A stretch of 64,000 bases of DNA from Candidatus Peregrinibacteria bacterium (GCA_963708185.1 OY970195.1:576001-640000); one strand, 5' to 3'. Shown: positions 8,426-19,217, numbered from the stretch's first letter. Notes: generated by a model from the letters alone, not told the origin. Numbers and translations: made by a program.

Positions 8426-8677
8426 TTATTCGTTTTCGATATCGGAACCGTTCGTATCCCTCTTTTCCTTGATCAGCTGCAAGAAGAACAAGGTATAAAA
8501 AGCCCCGGTTACAGCTCCTAAAGCCGCAAGGATAAGAACAATGAAAAATGCCGGAATGCTATCGGCAGGGACCAGAAGAAACAGAAAATACAAGGTTTTT
8601 GCTCCGAGATTTTCGAAAGCCAGGATCAAAACCAAAAAGCTGAATAAGATCGCTATGCTGAGAGAAAAAAACTTCAT
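8426..8677 (-). CDS. Small 2-TM membrane protein (LapA/DUF1049-like)
   Basis: Two hydrophobic helices, ILAFEN motif. Confidence 0.65.
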   Translation of the reverse strand: MKFFSLSIAILFSFLVLILAFENLGAKTLYFLFLLVPADSIPAFFIVLILAALGAVTGAFYTLFFLQLIKEKRDTNGSDIENE

Positions 8678-8742
8678 ATCAATATTTATTATACCATATT
8701 CATTTTGCATATGCTATAATATAGAAAAGTAATCATGAAGCC

Positions 8743-8988
8743 ATGAAAGGTTTTTACTTCGGTGTTTCAATCTTCCTGACCGTCGTCATCCTCATCATCG
8801 CATTCGAAAACATCAATGCGATGCTCAACAAATGGCTATTTTTTTTCGGGGCTTTCGGTCAGTTTGACGGATTTTTCATGGTTTTAGAAATCACCTTCAT
8901 TGGAGCGGTTATCGGTGTTTTCGGCACTTTGTTCCTGGCTAATCTCATGAGTAATGATGAAGAAGAGCCGGGCGGAAATGAATGGTAA
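8743..8988 (+). CDS. Small 2-TM membrane protein (LapA/DUF1049-like), paralog of divergent neighbour
   Basis: IIAFEN motif, two TM helices, acidic tail. Confidence 0.65.
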   Translation: MKGFYFGVSIFLTVVILIIAFENINAMLNKWLFFFGAFGQFDGFFMVLEITFIGAVIGVFGTLFLANLMSNDEEEPGGNEW

Positions 8989-8992
8989 TTCG

Positions 8993-10273
8993 TTACTTCC
9001 CGAGAAATCTTTCAAACAGTTTGTCCATCTTCATCTTGTTTTCCAGACGGCGCAGAAGGTAGCTGCCCTCTTTATATTCCTTGCGGACCTTGTACTGCTC
9101 GTTTTTTGGATACAGTTCGATGATGTGTTCCATTTCCTTGTTCAGTTCATCCTTGGAAACGTCGATCTTTTCCTGTTCAAAAAGTTTCTGCAGGCCGAAG
9201 CGCAGGGTCAGGCGTTTGACGGCTTCCTTGCGGCGTTCGTTGCGCAGATCCTTGAGCTCTTTTTTATTCTGCTCCAGGAACTGTTCAAGGGTTACGCCGA
9301 TCTGCTGGCCGAGCTCGTTCTTGAACTCTTCGACCATGGCGTCGATCTCTTCTTCTTCCAGAATTTCAGGAATGTCCACATTGGTGTGTTCAATAACTTT
9401 GTCCAGGAAGGCGTTTTCACGGCGAACCTTCTCGGCTTCCTGCTTGTCGCGCAGCAGGTTCTGGCGGACCACTTCCTTGACCTGATCGATCGTTTTTTCT
9501 TCGCCGGTGACCTGTTTGATGAATTCCGGCGTCCATTCGGGAAGCGTCGTTTCCTCGATGCGGTTCAGAGTGACCTTGAACTCGACCTTTTTGCCTTGGA
9601 ACGGCTTATGGAAGTAGTCTTTGGGGAACGTCACCTTGAACTTTTTTTCTTCGCCTTTCTTCATGCCGACTAATTCATCTTCAAAACCCGGAACCAGCGT
9701 GTTGTCGCCGATGACAAGCGGATGGTTCTTGCTGTTGGTGTTGTCCAGGGGAGCTCCTCCTTCGTCAAAACCCTGAAAATCAATCTCCACACGGTCCCCT
9801 TTTTTGGCTTCACGGTCAACGTCCTTGTAGGTGGCGTGGCGCTTGCGGATATCTTCCAGCACCTGGTCCACGTCCTTTTCCTCAACCTTTGGTTCCTCTT
9901 TTTTGATGGAAATCTTGTCGTAACCGGTCACGCTCACATCCGGGTAGATTGCGACCGTGGCTTCGTAGACGAGCGGATTTTTGGTCTTGATATCCACCTT
10001 GGGGCGGCTCACCACCTGCAGTTTTTCCTTCATCACGGCTTCGGTATAGGTTTCGGGAAGGGCGATATCAAGCATATGGGCTTCAATCCCCTGCTCGTTG
10101 ACGTGCTGTTTGAGGACGTCCAAAGGAACGTGGCCGGGGCGGAAACCCGGGATCTTGAAATGCATGGAAACCTGTTCGGCGGCCTTTTGCATGAATTTTT
10201 CAACCCGTTCGGAAGGCACTTCGATCGTCAGCTTCACCTGCGACTTGGGGAGTTTTTGAACGGTAACTTTCAT
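8993..10273 (-). CDS. tig: Trigger factor
   Basis: IPGFRPGHVP signature, FKBP-like domain (GDRVEIDFQG, LVPGFEDELVGMK, VTFPKDY). Confidence 0.95.
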   Translation of the reverse strand: MKVTVQKLPKSQVKLTIEVPSERVEKFMQKAAEQVSMHFKIPGFRPGHVPLDVLKQHVNEQGIEAHMLDIALPETYTEAVMKEKLQVVSRPKVDIKTKNPLVYEATVAIYPDVSVTGYDKISIKKEEPKVEEKDVDQVLEDIRKRHATYKDVDREAKKGDRVEIDFQGFDEGGAPLDNTNSKNHPLVIGDNTLVPGFEDELVGMKKGEEKKFKVTFPKDYFHKPFQGKKVEFKVTLNRIEETTLPEWTPEFIKQVTGEEKTIDQVKEVVRQNLLRDKQEAEKVRRENAFLDKVIEHTNVDIPEILEEEEIDAMVEEFKNELGQQIGVTLEQFLEQNKKELKDLRNERRKEAVKRLTLRFGLQKLFEQEKIDVSKDELNKEMEHIIELYPKNEQYKVRKEYKEGSYLLRRLENKMKMDKLFERFLGK

Positions 10274-10354
10274 TGGGATACAGTTAAAATGCCCATAAAG
10301 CTTAGCGGGAAATGGCGGGTTTATCAATGGTTACTTAAATATTTTTAGGTGAAG

Positions 10355-12337
10355 TCACTTTTTCAAAAATTTCTTTTCTCTGTTTCCAAATTGTTTTCGA
10401 AATTTCATATTCTCCTGAGCCAGTGATTTCAAGTCGTTTTGTTCATTTTCACATCGAGCTATTAGGGTTCGATAGTTTTTTTTAGCTTCACTTAATTTCC
10501 CTAAGAGTTCAGATGTTAGCGCTGCCCCGTAATGGTTCCATATAGTTGTTTCATGTGTTTCAATACCTTTACAAAATCTTCGATAGGCTACTTCAATATC
10601 ATCAATACTTTGTGCCTTCGATAGACACTTCAAGCCATCTTCAAAACACTGTCGAGCTTCATTCTTTTGACTGTTCCTGGTTAACTCAACAAGTTCAACA
10701 AGTGATTCATTTGTTTTTTCGATGGAATCAATAATTGATTCTCCTATTCTGAGAACTGTTTCATCAATTCGGCGCAGTTCAGCGACTACCGCCGTTCTAG
10801 ATATTATCATTTCCATTTGAATGTTAGAAAGGGTCTTGTGGATGGATTCCAGTCTCACATTTGCTAATCTCATTTCGCTGGCGACACTCCCAATACTTTG
10901 GTCGATTTTTGTTAGTCTTTGGTCAACACTTCCTAATATTGTGATAGTAGCTCCAAATCCTCTTTGTAATGTCCAATTCACTTGTTCAAATCCCTCCTCT
11001 ACCATATCGGCGAAAACTCCGACAATTGATCCAAGATCAATCATTCCATCTTTTATTTCGGCCAGATTTCCGACGATGGATGTGAGATGGTAATTTGATA
11101 CGTCTCTTTGCCGGATTCCGATATCGCCTTGTTCAACCATTCTCTCACGCTGTACTATGGCCGCTTGATTCTGCCCAACCATAGTGTCCAGTTTGTGAAG
11201 TCCTTCTTTACGCTGGCGGTTCCCCACTTCCAGATGACTTACGGCTGTTTCCCCTTGACGGTAGAGTTTTTCTTGCTGTTCAAGCGATGCCGCTCCCAGG
11301 GCTGCTAGGACGTTCCGCTGGCCGATCGCCGTACGTGTATCTCTAGCGATATCGAGCAAGCTGTAATTGATGGTCGTCAGGGACGCATCATCTCTTGTTT
11401 CGGGAAAATATTTTAACACTTCGTGTTGGTTCGAGGGTGCAAGGAGGTGTTTTTTTCCCAAACTTACAAGCATTTCCTGAGGTACCGGCGTCTGTTGAGC
11501 TCTTCGGTAAGTCTCAAAAAAGCGATCTACAAAATCGACGACGCTTTTAAGCAACGGAAGGTTATATTGTTCTGCCGTCTTGAGAGCGGTTGCCAAATGG
11601 TCATACACTTTTCCCCGGTCTGAAGTTAGAAGTCCGAGAGGATTTCTAAAAAGATTAAGAGAGTCTCTGATTTCAGGAAAATCAAAGATCGTTTTGAGCG
11701 GAGGGATGGGAAGTTCTGTTTCTTCATTTTCCTGCTGGACTTGCTGATATCGAATCATCTGCTCTTTTTGAATTTTCGTTTCAAGTTCTCTTTCTATGTG
11801 CGGCACCACATTTTTGATTGGTTGCATTTTTTCCTGGAAAAGCTGCTGAAATTCTCCTATAGCATTGCGATTGAGAATTCCTTTGCTGTAAGCGCACATT
11901 GCGGCAAAAAAATCGCCATTTTTTTCGATCATAGCGGCTAGATTTTCGTGTGGATACGGAGGTCCCTTGAGGTCATTCAAATCACCGTGGAGCTGACCAA
12001 ACCCCTCTGAGGTCGCGTGTCCGAGTGCTTCGAGTTCCTGAGCACTGCGTTCGTGGGCGTTGTAGGCATTTTGCATTTCATAAGCAAGGTCCCCGAGAAT
12101 GCGTGCGGTTTCAGTGGCGCGAAAATCGCCAGCGGGTATTGTCATTGATCCGCCGTGAGCTTGAGCCAGCCTGTCGATAGCCTGTTCCTGGAAAGAGATC
12201 AGCTTTTGCTGAAAATCCCGATTCTCTTTTCTCCCTCTGTGGAGTTCGGCGACAATTCTCCCGTCCGGCGTATGGCTGGCCGGATACATGGGAATATCAT
12301 GGACCAAATTTTCCAGGAAACGGGAATTTTTAGCCAT
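10355..12337 (-). CDS. Hypothetical helical/coiled-coil protein with C-terminal TPR-like helices
   Basis: 660-aa ORF; heptad-like region, ARQCFEDG...WNHYGAALTSELLG. Confidence 0.7.
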   Translation of the reverse strand: MAKNSRFLENLVHDIPMYPASHTPDGRIVAELHRGRKENRDFQQKLISFQEQAIDRLAQAHGGSMTIPAGDFRATETARILGDLAYEMQNAYNAHERSAQELEALGHATSEGFGQLHGDLNDLKGPPYPHENLAAMIEKNGDFFAAMCAYSKGILNRNAIGEFQQLFQEKMQPIKNVVPHIERELETKIQKEQMIRYQQVQQENEETELPIPPLKTIFDFPEIRDSLNLFRNPLGLLTSDRGKVYDHLATALKTAEQYNLPLLKSVVDFVDRFFETYRRAQQTPVPQEMLVSLGKKHLLAPSNQHEVLKYFPETRDDASLTTINYSLLDIARDTRTAIGQRNVLAALGAASLEQQEKLYRQGETAVSHLEVGNRQRKEGLHKLDTMVGQNQAAIVQRERMVEQGDIGIRQRDVSNYHLTSIVGNLAEIKDGMIDLGSIVGVFADMVEEGFEQVNWTLQRGFGATITILGSVDQRLTKIDQSIGSVASEMRLANVRLESIHKTLSNIQMEMIISRTAVVAELRRIDETVLRIGESIIDSIEKTNESLVELVELTRNSQKNEARQCFEDGLKCLSKAQSIDDIEVAYRRFCKGIETHETTIWNHYGAALTSELLGKLSEAKKNYRTLIARCENEQNDLKSLAQENMKFRKQFGNREKKFLKK

Positions 12338-12506
12338 AATTACTCGTTAGAAGATAGCAGTACTATCATGAATTTCACGAAAAAGTCAACTCTTTGTCTT
12401 GCTTATGCCTTTTCTTGTCATTTTTTTGTTACAAATCCAGCCTTTTTTGTAATAAGGAACTATGGTATAATATTTAGATTAAAAGAATCTAAAAAATTCA
12501 TTAAAT

Positions 12507-15500
12507 ATGTCCGGAAAAGAACACCACAGACCGCTTACCCTCGAGGAAATGCAGGAGGAAGAGGAACTGAAAGCCGCCGAGCACCTGCACGAAGGCATTA
12601 AAGGCTTTTATTTGACCGATCCGTTTGATGGGGATATTGAACCGGAACGTCTTGGTGTTCGTGACGATATCGCCCATGCGCTTGAGCACGACTATCACGG
12701 GAAACGCGTTCAGGATGTCCTCCTTGATGCCCGGGTTACTGAACAGCTGCGACAAAAGATAAAACGAAAAAAATCCCATGAACACAAAACATGGAAACGG
12801 CTTGTTCCAGGCAGTGAGGAGTGGATGGGCAATAGAAAGCGAGAGATAAAGAATGCTGCTCGTACTTTAACAAACCCGATGCGTTGGTTCAGAGACGATT
12901 TTGATGAATATGCAGAAGAGATACAAAAGGAGTTCTGGGGAGATCCGGATTCTAACAAAAAAATCCGGAATGATCTTATTCAAGCGGTCAACCTCAATGC
13001 TCTTCCGCAGGATATTCAGGATAAAATCAAAAAATCTTTTGGAGCAATAAAGCCTGGTTCTCCGTCATTAGATCAACTCTTTTCCAGCGCTGACAACAAA
13101 AAACTTCTAGAACTTCTGGGAAGCATTAAAGACAATGGAGGTAAAAAATTTTTTGAAGGAAATGCAGCTTTTCAAAGACTTCTTGCGGCCAGTATACCTG
13201 AAGAACCTTACGCAAATGAGTTGATGCTGCATTCCCGTGACCGTTTGTATTTTTTTACCAAATATGAAATAGGAGCGATTTCCGATCAGAATGAACAAAA
13301 AAGGGTTGTGGGCACAATAAACAATGTTTTTGGAATACAAAGTGACACCACTTTGGCTGACTTTGACCATTTTTTAAAAGCTACCCCTGATCAACTTCAA
13401 AAACTTTCGAAAACATTTGATGCTATTTTTGTAGAGGGAAAAGCAAAAATCGGAAAACAGCACATTGAGAGAATCAGAGAAATTGAAAGAATTATAGCTA
13501 TCGAAAAAGCAAAAATTTTAAGCGTACAGATTTATGATCCACATCGACTGCAAGATCAATTTGTACATAAAATTTCTGAATCTACAGCCTCCGCCGAAGA
13601 TAAAGATCTAAAAGAAAAACTCGAAAAACTTCTCGGTGGTCATTTTGATCGACAGATGGAACAAGACCACAATTTACAGGCTTTATTGGCAGAACTTGAG
13701 TCTCAAAGAGCAACGAATATTACTCAACTTAATGAGCATCTTGAAAATGTATTGATTGATTACCCGGTCGAAAAAAGGACTGTCGTAAAAAGAGAGCTCT
13801 CTGAAGATGAAAAACAAAACAATCAGAAACTTGATGAATACGTTGAAACCATAAATAATGTCGCAATAAAACTCGATGAAAAACTCGATGAAAAACAAAA
13901 AATTAACAGTTCATTCATAGATATTGGAAGGAAAAGGAATGATTTGGAAAAAACCAGAGGAGCTAAAAAACAACAAGAACATGAGGTAAAAATGAAGATA
14001 GGAAATGTACGCGAAGAGCGTAAAAAAGCTATTATAGAAATTGACTCAACCCAGAGCAATCTTACTGAAAAAGAACTAGAGATTAATACAGCAAAATCTG
14101 AATGTGATCGTATTGAACGTGAATTACGTGATGAAAAAAAGAAAAACAATCCTGACCAAAGTGTGACTAGTAAACTTGAAAAAGATTTAAGTGATAGAAA
14201 GGAAGAACTCGAACATTTAAAAACAGATGCCAAAGGTTTAAGAGCTAAACTTCAGGAAAAAAAGGCTCTTAAAACAGACGTCGATCAAGATCTTGAGAAG
14301 CTGGAGAAAGAACTTCGGGAAATCGCGACGCTTGATGAATTTGCAGATTTGAAGACAAAAAATGCTGAATTTACAAACCGTGAAAACGAACTTAAAAAGA
14401 GGTTATTGGAACTCAACAAAGAAATCGTTGAGGCAGAGCGTGAGTTTAAAAAATCCGCAAACAGTTTTGTGATGTTTGTCGAAAAAACAATGAAGAAAGA
14501 GATTAAAGGCACAGTCCTGACAAATGACGTAAAAATCAAAATGATCAAAGATACTCTAACCACATTGAACCCTTCGTTTGTGAAACAAATCGCTACTGAC
14601 CTTGTGTTTAAAAATGAGTTTAATCAAGAAATTAACGTGCTTAAAGCTGTAGGAACTGAGGTCAAAAGTCTTTCACCAGATAATTTACTTTTTGAATTAA
14701 AAAAGCAACAAACATTGGCTATACAAGAAAATGGCCACTCAAAGTATACTGATGAGCAGGCAAACAAAATAGCCCGTATGGCTACTTCATTTGCTGAAAT
14801 TGACGCCAAGAACGTTGAGCTCTTCCGTGCCGGGAACCGCGAGATCGCCGAAAGCAAAGTTAAGGGATGGCGTGGAATTGAAGGGGTATGGAGAAAATCC
14901 AAACAGCAGGCGGCTTCCAGGTTTTTTGACAGTGAAACCTTCCGGGCGCGTGATATTATTGAACATATCGCCGGGCTTGATCATGCCTTTGAATGTTTCA
15001 AAGACCTTCCTGCCGACGCTTCTCTTACGGATATCCGCAACGCCATCAAACACCACGGCGGCATGAGTACGGAAAATCTCATGAAGTTCTACCTGCATCT
15101 CCAGGAAGCTTTGAAGTCTTTTCAGGTCGGTGGACATCGTATCGTGGAAATTGCCGATCACGACTGGCCGATCGAACAGGTCGCTCTTTTTGCCGAACGT
15201 ATCCATGCGGAGATCGAGGCCCGTGAATTCTGTCATAAGATTGAACATCCGGAAACGGAAGAAGACAAGAAACTTTCCAAAGATAACAAAGCCGCGTATT
15301 TCCAGAAACTTCTTAACCAGCGCGACGAAAATCTTAAGAATCTCGAGCAGCAACATCTTGAAGAGATGCGCAATCCGAGCAGTCTCTGGCAGACGAGTTT
15401 TTTGAAGAGCCTGATGAAGGGCAAATTCGGTGAAGCTTATGACAAAGCGCTCAAAGCCGCGAAAGAAAAGGGGCTGAAAGGACAGGCGATGAGGGACTAT

Positions 15501-16034
15501 CTCCAAAAGGAAACGAGTGCACCGAAAACCATCCTGAAACATCTCATGACCGGCCTTGCCCTGAAAGAGGCCTTGGACATCGGCAGCGGCATCGTGAAAT
15601 GGACCGGCAGCAAGCTTGGGAAAGCCTGCAGCAAGGCCGCGAAATTCGGCGTCAAAAAAGGCGGCGGCATCGTGGCATCGGTCTGGCAGAAGCTCGGCAA
15701 ACCCGCATTAAAAGGGACCGGCAAAGGCATCGCGTACGTTGGGAAAGGCGTGGGCAAGGGAGTGTACAAAGCCGGAAAATTCACGGTCTGGACCGCCCCG
15801 AAATTCTTCTTCTGGGATGCCCCGAGGTGGACGGCAAAAACGACTGCAAAGGCTTTATGGTGGCCTTTCAAGACCGTGGGTCGCGGCGCCAAAGGATTCT
15901 GGAATTTCTTCCATTATTCCGATGAAACACGCGCCAAAGACGCGGCCTGGTATGCCCAGAAAAAGGCTCATTCCGGAGGCCATGGCGGTGGTGGCGGCCA
16001 CGGAGGTGGCGGTCATGGCGGTGCCCATGGCTGA
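12507..16034 (+). CDS. Large coiled-coil hypothetical protein
   Basis: 1175-aa ORF, K/E-rich coiled coil, basic Gly/Lys amphipathic repeats, Gly/His tail; TGGTATAAT upstream. Confidence 0.8.
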   Translation: MSGKEHHRPLTLEEMQEEEELKAAEHLHEGIKGFYLTDPFDGDIEPERLGVRDDIAHALEHDYHGKRVQDVLLDARVTEQLRQKIKRKKSHEHKTWKRLVPGSEEWMGNRKREIKNAARTLTNPMRWFRDDFDEYAEEIQKEFWGDPDSNKKIRNDLIQAVNLNALPQDIQDKIKKSFGAIKPGSPSLDQLFSSADNKKLLELLGSIKDNGGKKFFEGNAAFQRLLAASIPEEPYANELMLHSRDRLYFFTKYEIGAISDQNEQKRVVGTINNVFGIQSDTTLADFDHFLKATPDQLQKLSKTFDAIFVEGKAKIGKQHIERIREIERIIAIEKAKILSVQIYDPHRLQDQFVHKISESTASAEDKDLKEKLEKLLGGHFDRQMEQDHNLQALLAELESQRATNITQLNEHLENVLIDYPVEKRTVVKRELSEDEKQNNQKLDEYVETINNVAIKLDEKLDEKQKINSSFIDIGRKRNDLEKTRGAKKQQEHEVKMKIGNVREERKKAIIEIDSTQSNLTEKELEINTAKSECDRIERELRDEKKKNNPDQSVTSKLEKDLSDRKEELEHLKTDAKGLRAKLQEKKALKTDVDQDLEKLEKELREIATLDEFADLKTKNAEFTNRENELKKRLLELNKEIVEAEREFKKSANSFVMFVEKTMKKEIKGTVLTNDVKIKMIKDTLTTLNPSFVKQIATDLVFKNEFNQEINVLKAVGTEVKSLSPDNLLFELKKQQTLAIQENGHSKYTDEQANKIARMATSFAEIDAKNVELFRAGNREIAESKVKGWRGIEGVWRKSKQQAASRFFDSETFRARDIIEHIAGLDHAFECFKDLPADASLTDIRNAIKHHGGMSTENLMKFYLHLQEALKSFQVGGHRIVEIADHDWPIEQVALFAERIHAEIEAREFCHKIEHPETEEDKKLSKDNKAAYFQKLLNQRDENLKNLEQQHLEEMRNPSSLWQTSFLKSLMKGKFGEAYDKALKAAKEKGLKGQAMRDYLQKETSAPKTILKHLMTGLALKEALDIGSGIVKWTGSKLGKACSKAAKFGVKKGGGIVASVWQKLGKPALKGTGKGIAYVGKGVGKGVYKAGKFTVWTAPKFFFWDAPRWTAKTTAKALWWPFKTVGRGAKGFWNFFHYSDETRAKDAAWYAQKKAHSGGHGGGGGHGGGGHGGAHG

Positions 16035-16077
16035 ACCCATTATGTATTACTCACAATAAAAATTTAATCTCAACATT

Positions 16078-16452
16078 ATGTCTAAAAAACCACAATATTT
16101 CGATCCCACGGTCTTCGTGGACAAAGTCATGCGCGACTGCGATTTTGGCGACATTGACGATAAAACCCGTTCTGCTCTGGAGGAAGGCATCCAGCGCCGT
16201 CTGGCCGAACGCATCGTCGCTTCAATCATCGACAGTTTCAACGAACGGGAGTTCACTTTGCTCGAAAAGGTCATGGAGGACCATCCCGAACTCGATGACA
16301 TCGACTGCATCATGCTGATTTCCACCGAGGTTCCGAATCTCGAACAACGTCTCGAAAAAGCCATCATGGATCTTTATGACGAACTCACCTATGATGCGCG
16401 TCAGATCCAACAGGCCATGGATAACCGAAAACAGGCCGAACATGCTGCTTAA
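16078..16452 (+). CDS. Small acidic hypothetical protein (DUF5663-like)
   Basis: 124-aa helical acidic ORF following the large gene. Confidence 0.65.
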   Translation: MSKKPQYFDPTVFVDKVMRDCDFGDIDDKTRSALEEGIQRRLAERIVASIIDSFNEREFTLLEKVMEDHPELDDIDCIMLISTEVPNLEQRLEKAIMDLYDELTYDARQIQQAMDNRKQAEHAA

Positions 16453-16573
16453 ATAGGTTTAGGCCACCTTTTTGCCATTTGCGCAATCTTAAATACCCCC
16501 TCGAAAACGGCTCCAGGCATAGAAAAATGGGCCGTTTTTTGCTATAATATAAAGATTAATTTTGTACAAAATT

Positions 16574-19078
16574 ATGGCTCAGGGACCGATAGACCCACAT
16601 GTCGACCTCGACTATTACCGCCAGTATGACCAGAAAGAGGCGGTCAATGCCGAAAATGAACGCATTCCCCAGAAGGAAACGCTCAACGCTCGTTACGTGA
16701 GCGACTTTTTGAGGCAGCGCGGTATTACGGCCGAGAATTTCGACAAGAGCTTCACTTTAGCCACGGCCGTAGATTTGACCGCGGCCAAACATTCCAAAGG
16801 TGAAGCCGAAATGTTCAATGTCCTGAGCAAAACCAAGGCTTACCTCGACCAGCGCAATCTGGGCAATCTTCTGGAAAGCACCAACGAAGCCATGGTGAAA
16901 TCCGACATTCACAAGGAACTCAACGATCGCAATGAACTCAAAAATGAAGCTGATCTGCAGCGTGGGTACTATACCTACCGCGTGGTCCGCGATTACTGCG
17001 ACCGCATGTTCAAGATCCGCGAACAGTTCAGCGAGACCCGCGAAAAAGAAAAGACCAAGGTGGAAAAAGGGGTCAAGGAGGAGTTTGCCGGGGTCATGGA
17101 AACCGCCAAAAAGAATTTCGGCAATCTCGACGGCAAAGAAAAACTGCTTGTGGTTGTCGGCGGAATCATCGGAGCCGCCATGCTCATGGGTTCGGAAAGT
17201 CCCCGCGTGGCAAAGATCAAAGAAACGATGTGGACGTGTTTAAAAATCGGCGGGTTCGCCTGGTTCGGTAACACGCTCTTCAAAGTTTTTACCGGAAAAA
17301 CCGCGCTCGATACGGTCAGCGACTGGAGCAAATCCAATGTGGCCACGGAGAGCTTCTGGACCAAGACCTATAAGACCAACGCCGACCAGGCGGAAATTCT
17401 TCGTGCCAGCACCATCTATCTTGGCGACAAGGATTTTATGTATCTGGCTTCAGAATATAAAAAAGCACGTGATCTTGGAAAAAACGAGATCGTGCTCCCG
17501 ACCGTCATGCAAAAAGATATGGATCCGAAACAGATCTATACGTCGCTCGATGTTTTCTTCAAACGTTATCCGGTGGAACAGCTCATGCGCAAATATGCCC
17601 AGGTCACGCCAAAAGCGACCTGGCGGGAAGTCGTGGGATCGGAAATGATCGAAGACAAGAGCATTGAAATGCAGGACAGTCTCGTCAGCCGTACCGTTGA
17701 CGCCGTTCACGGAACCGTGGACAGGGCCTATAACTATATGGCTCCGCGCGCCGCCGCTGCCGTCGACTACGTTTCTTCCGGCAAGTTTGCCGAAGCAGCA
17801 GCAAAAACCGGTGAGAAAGTCGGCGGCGCCGTCAATGAAATCGGCCATGGCATCGGCAGAGGCGTTAAAGGTCTCGCCATCGGTGTCGCGGCTGGTGCCG
17901 GCGGCATTGCCAAAGGTGTCTACGAGGGCGGCAAAGGTGTCGCCAAAGAAGCCATCGGAGGGGGACAAGAGGTCGCCAGCGATGTAAGCGAAGCCGCCAA
18001 AGAAGCCTGGGCCTGGGCCAAAGATCTTTACCATAAAAATTTCGGGAAAGAAGGTACCGACGACCAGGTTCTTGAATGGTCCCAAAAATCATTGAAGAAC
18101 TGGGATGAAAGCAAGAGCGGAGACCTGGAAAAATTCATCCGGGAAAACAATGCCGAAAAAATGAAAGCGGACGGTTACATCGAAGCTTTCCGCAACGGCA
18201 GTTTTGAACGTATAAACGACGTCGATGTGAAATACGCCGTGCGCGACAATGATTCGATTTATGTATCAGCGGGATGCCGCGTCCCAGGCGTGATCGGCAA
18301 TGAAGCCGGAGTTCTTGAAGCCATGAAAAAATCCGACAGTGCCGCCCGAGAATTTTTAAAGAAAAAATATCCCCAGGTCGGTGACAAGATCGACCAGTTC
18401 GTCGAGTTTGGACAGGGCGTCTATGTGGTCAACGACAACAGTTATAAAGTGTTCGTCCGTATGCCTTTGCCGGGAACGGTGGAGTTCAACGAGCGCAATG
18501 CCGGACGGTGGGGCCAGCAAGAGATGAAGTCCCGTAAAAACATTGAAATTTTCGGGACTGACAACAAGATTGAATACGGCAAACTGGAACCTTGGCAGCA
18601 GCAAAACCTGCGTCTTCGTTTCTACCTCGATGCAAGTCAGACGACTGAACTTGAAGCGGTCTGCGACAAATATACCCGCATATACAACACGAAAGGAAAG
18701 TCCATGGCCGAGGTCATGGCCCGCCTGACCGAAAACAATGAAGACCGCGACGCCGTGGTCAAGGCGCTCAAAAACAGTATCCAGCTCGACCAGAAACTCT
18801 ACGCGCACCGCGGCGTTCTGGAAGCCAATGAAAGCAAGATCGAATCCATCGAAACTGAAGCCGCCAAGAAAGTGGCGGGTTCGGACAAGGTCAAACATGA
18901 TTTCCAGGAACGGATGAACAGAACCCTCGGTTCTTCACTTCGTCTTGCGCTGCTTGGAGACAAACCTTCAATGGAGTTGTTTCATTTCGATCCTGCCACG
19001 AAAAGCGTGGACCAACTACTCAAGGAATACCAACATAAACTCGAGGATTTCTCCAAACAGGCCAACGTGGAATCGTAA
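16574..19078 (+). CDS. Hypothetical protein with hydrophobic hairpin and Gly-zipper-like region
   Basis: Long ORF; LLVVVGGIIGAAMLMG and IGGFAWFG segments; GxxxG repeats; TGCTATAAT upstream. Confidence 0.8.
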   Translation: MAQGPIDPHVDLDYYRQYDQKEAVNAENERIPQKETLNARYVSDFLRQRGITAENFDKSFTLATAVDLTAAKHSKGEAEMFNVLSKTKAYLDQRNLGNLLESTNEAMVKSDIHKELNDRNELKNEADLQRGYYTYRVVRDYCDRMFKIREQFSETREKEKTKVEKGVKEEFAGVMETAKKNFGNLDGKEKLLVVVGGIIGAAMLMGSESPRVAKIKETMWTCLKIGGFAWFGNTLFKVFTGKTALDTVSDWSKSNVATESFWTKTYKTNADQAEILRASTIYLGDKDFMYLASEYKKARDLGKNEIVLPTVMQKDMDPKQIYTSLDVFFKRYPVEQLMRKYAQVTPKATWREVVGSEMIEDKSIEMQDSLVSRTVDAVHGTVDRAYNYMAPRAAAAVDYVSSGKFAEAAAKTGEKVGGAVNEIGHGIGRGVKGLAIGVAAGAGGIAKGVYEGGKGVAKEAIGGGQEVASDVSEAAKEAWAWAKDLYHKNFGKEGTDDQVLEWSQKSLKNWDESKSGDLEKFIRENNAEKMKADGYIEAFRNGSFERINDVDVKYAVRDNDSIYVSAGCRVPGVIGNEAGVLEAMKKSDSAAREFLKKKYPQVGDKIDQFVEFGQGVYVVNDNSYKVFVRMPLPGTVEFNERNAGRWGQQEMKSRKNIEIFGTDNKIEYGKLEPWQQQNLRLRFYLDASQTTELEAVCDKYTRIYNTKGKSMAEVMARLTENNEDRDAVVKALKNSIQLDQKLYAHRGVLEANESKIESIETEAAKKVAGSDKVKHDFQERMNRTLGSSLRLALLGDKPSMELFHFDPATKSVDQLLKEYQHKLEDFSKQANVES

Positions 19079-19161
19079 GCTCTTTCACTTTTGAGGATTA
19101 TCTTTCTCCAAGAGGAGCGTTTTTTCGTCATACCTCCTCCGTGTTTGAGGAGCTCCACGCA

Positions 19162-19190
19162 TTGACAAATTTGATAATTTATGGTATACT
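19162..19190 (+). promoter_or_regulatory. Sigma70 promoter of cassette 2
   Basis: TTGACA-17-TATACT with extended -10 TG. Confidence 0.9.
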
Positions 19191-19217
19191 CCTCAAGCTT
19201 TTACTGCGCATAATTTT

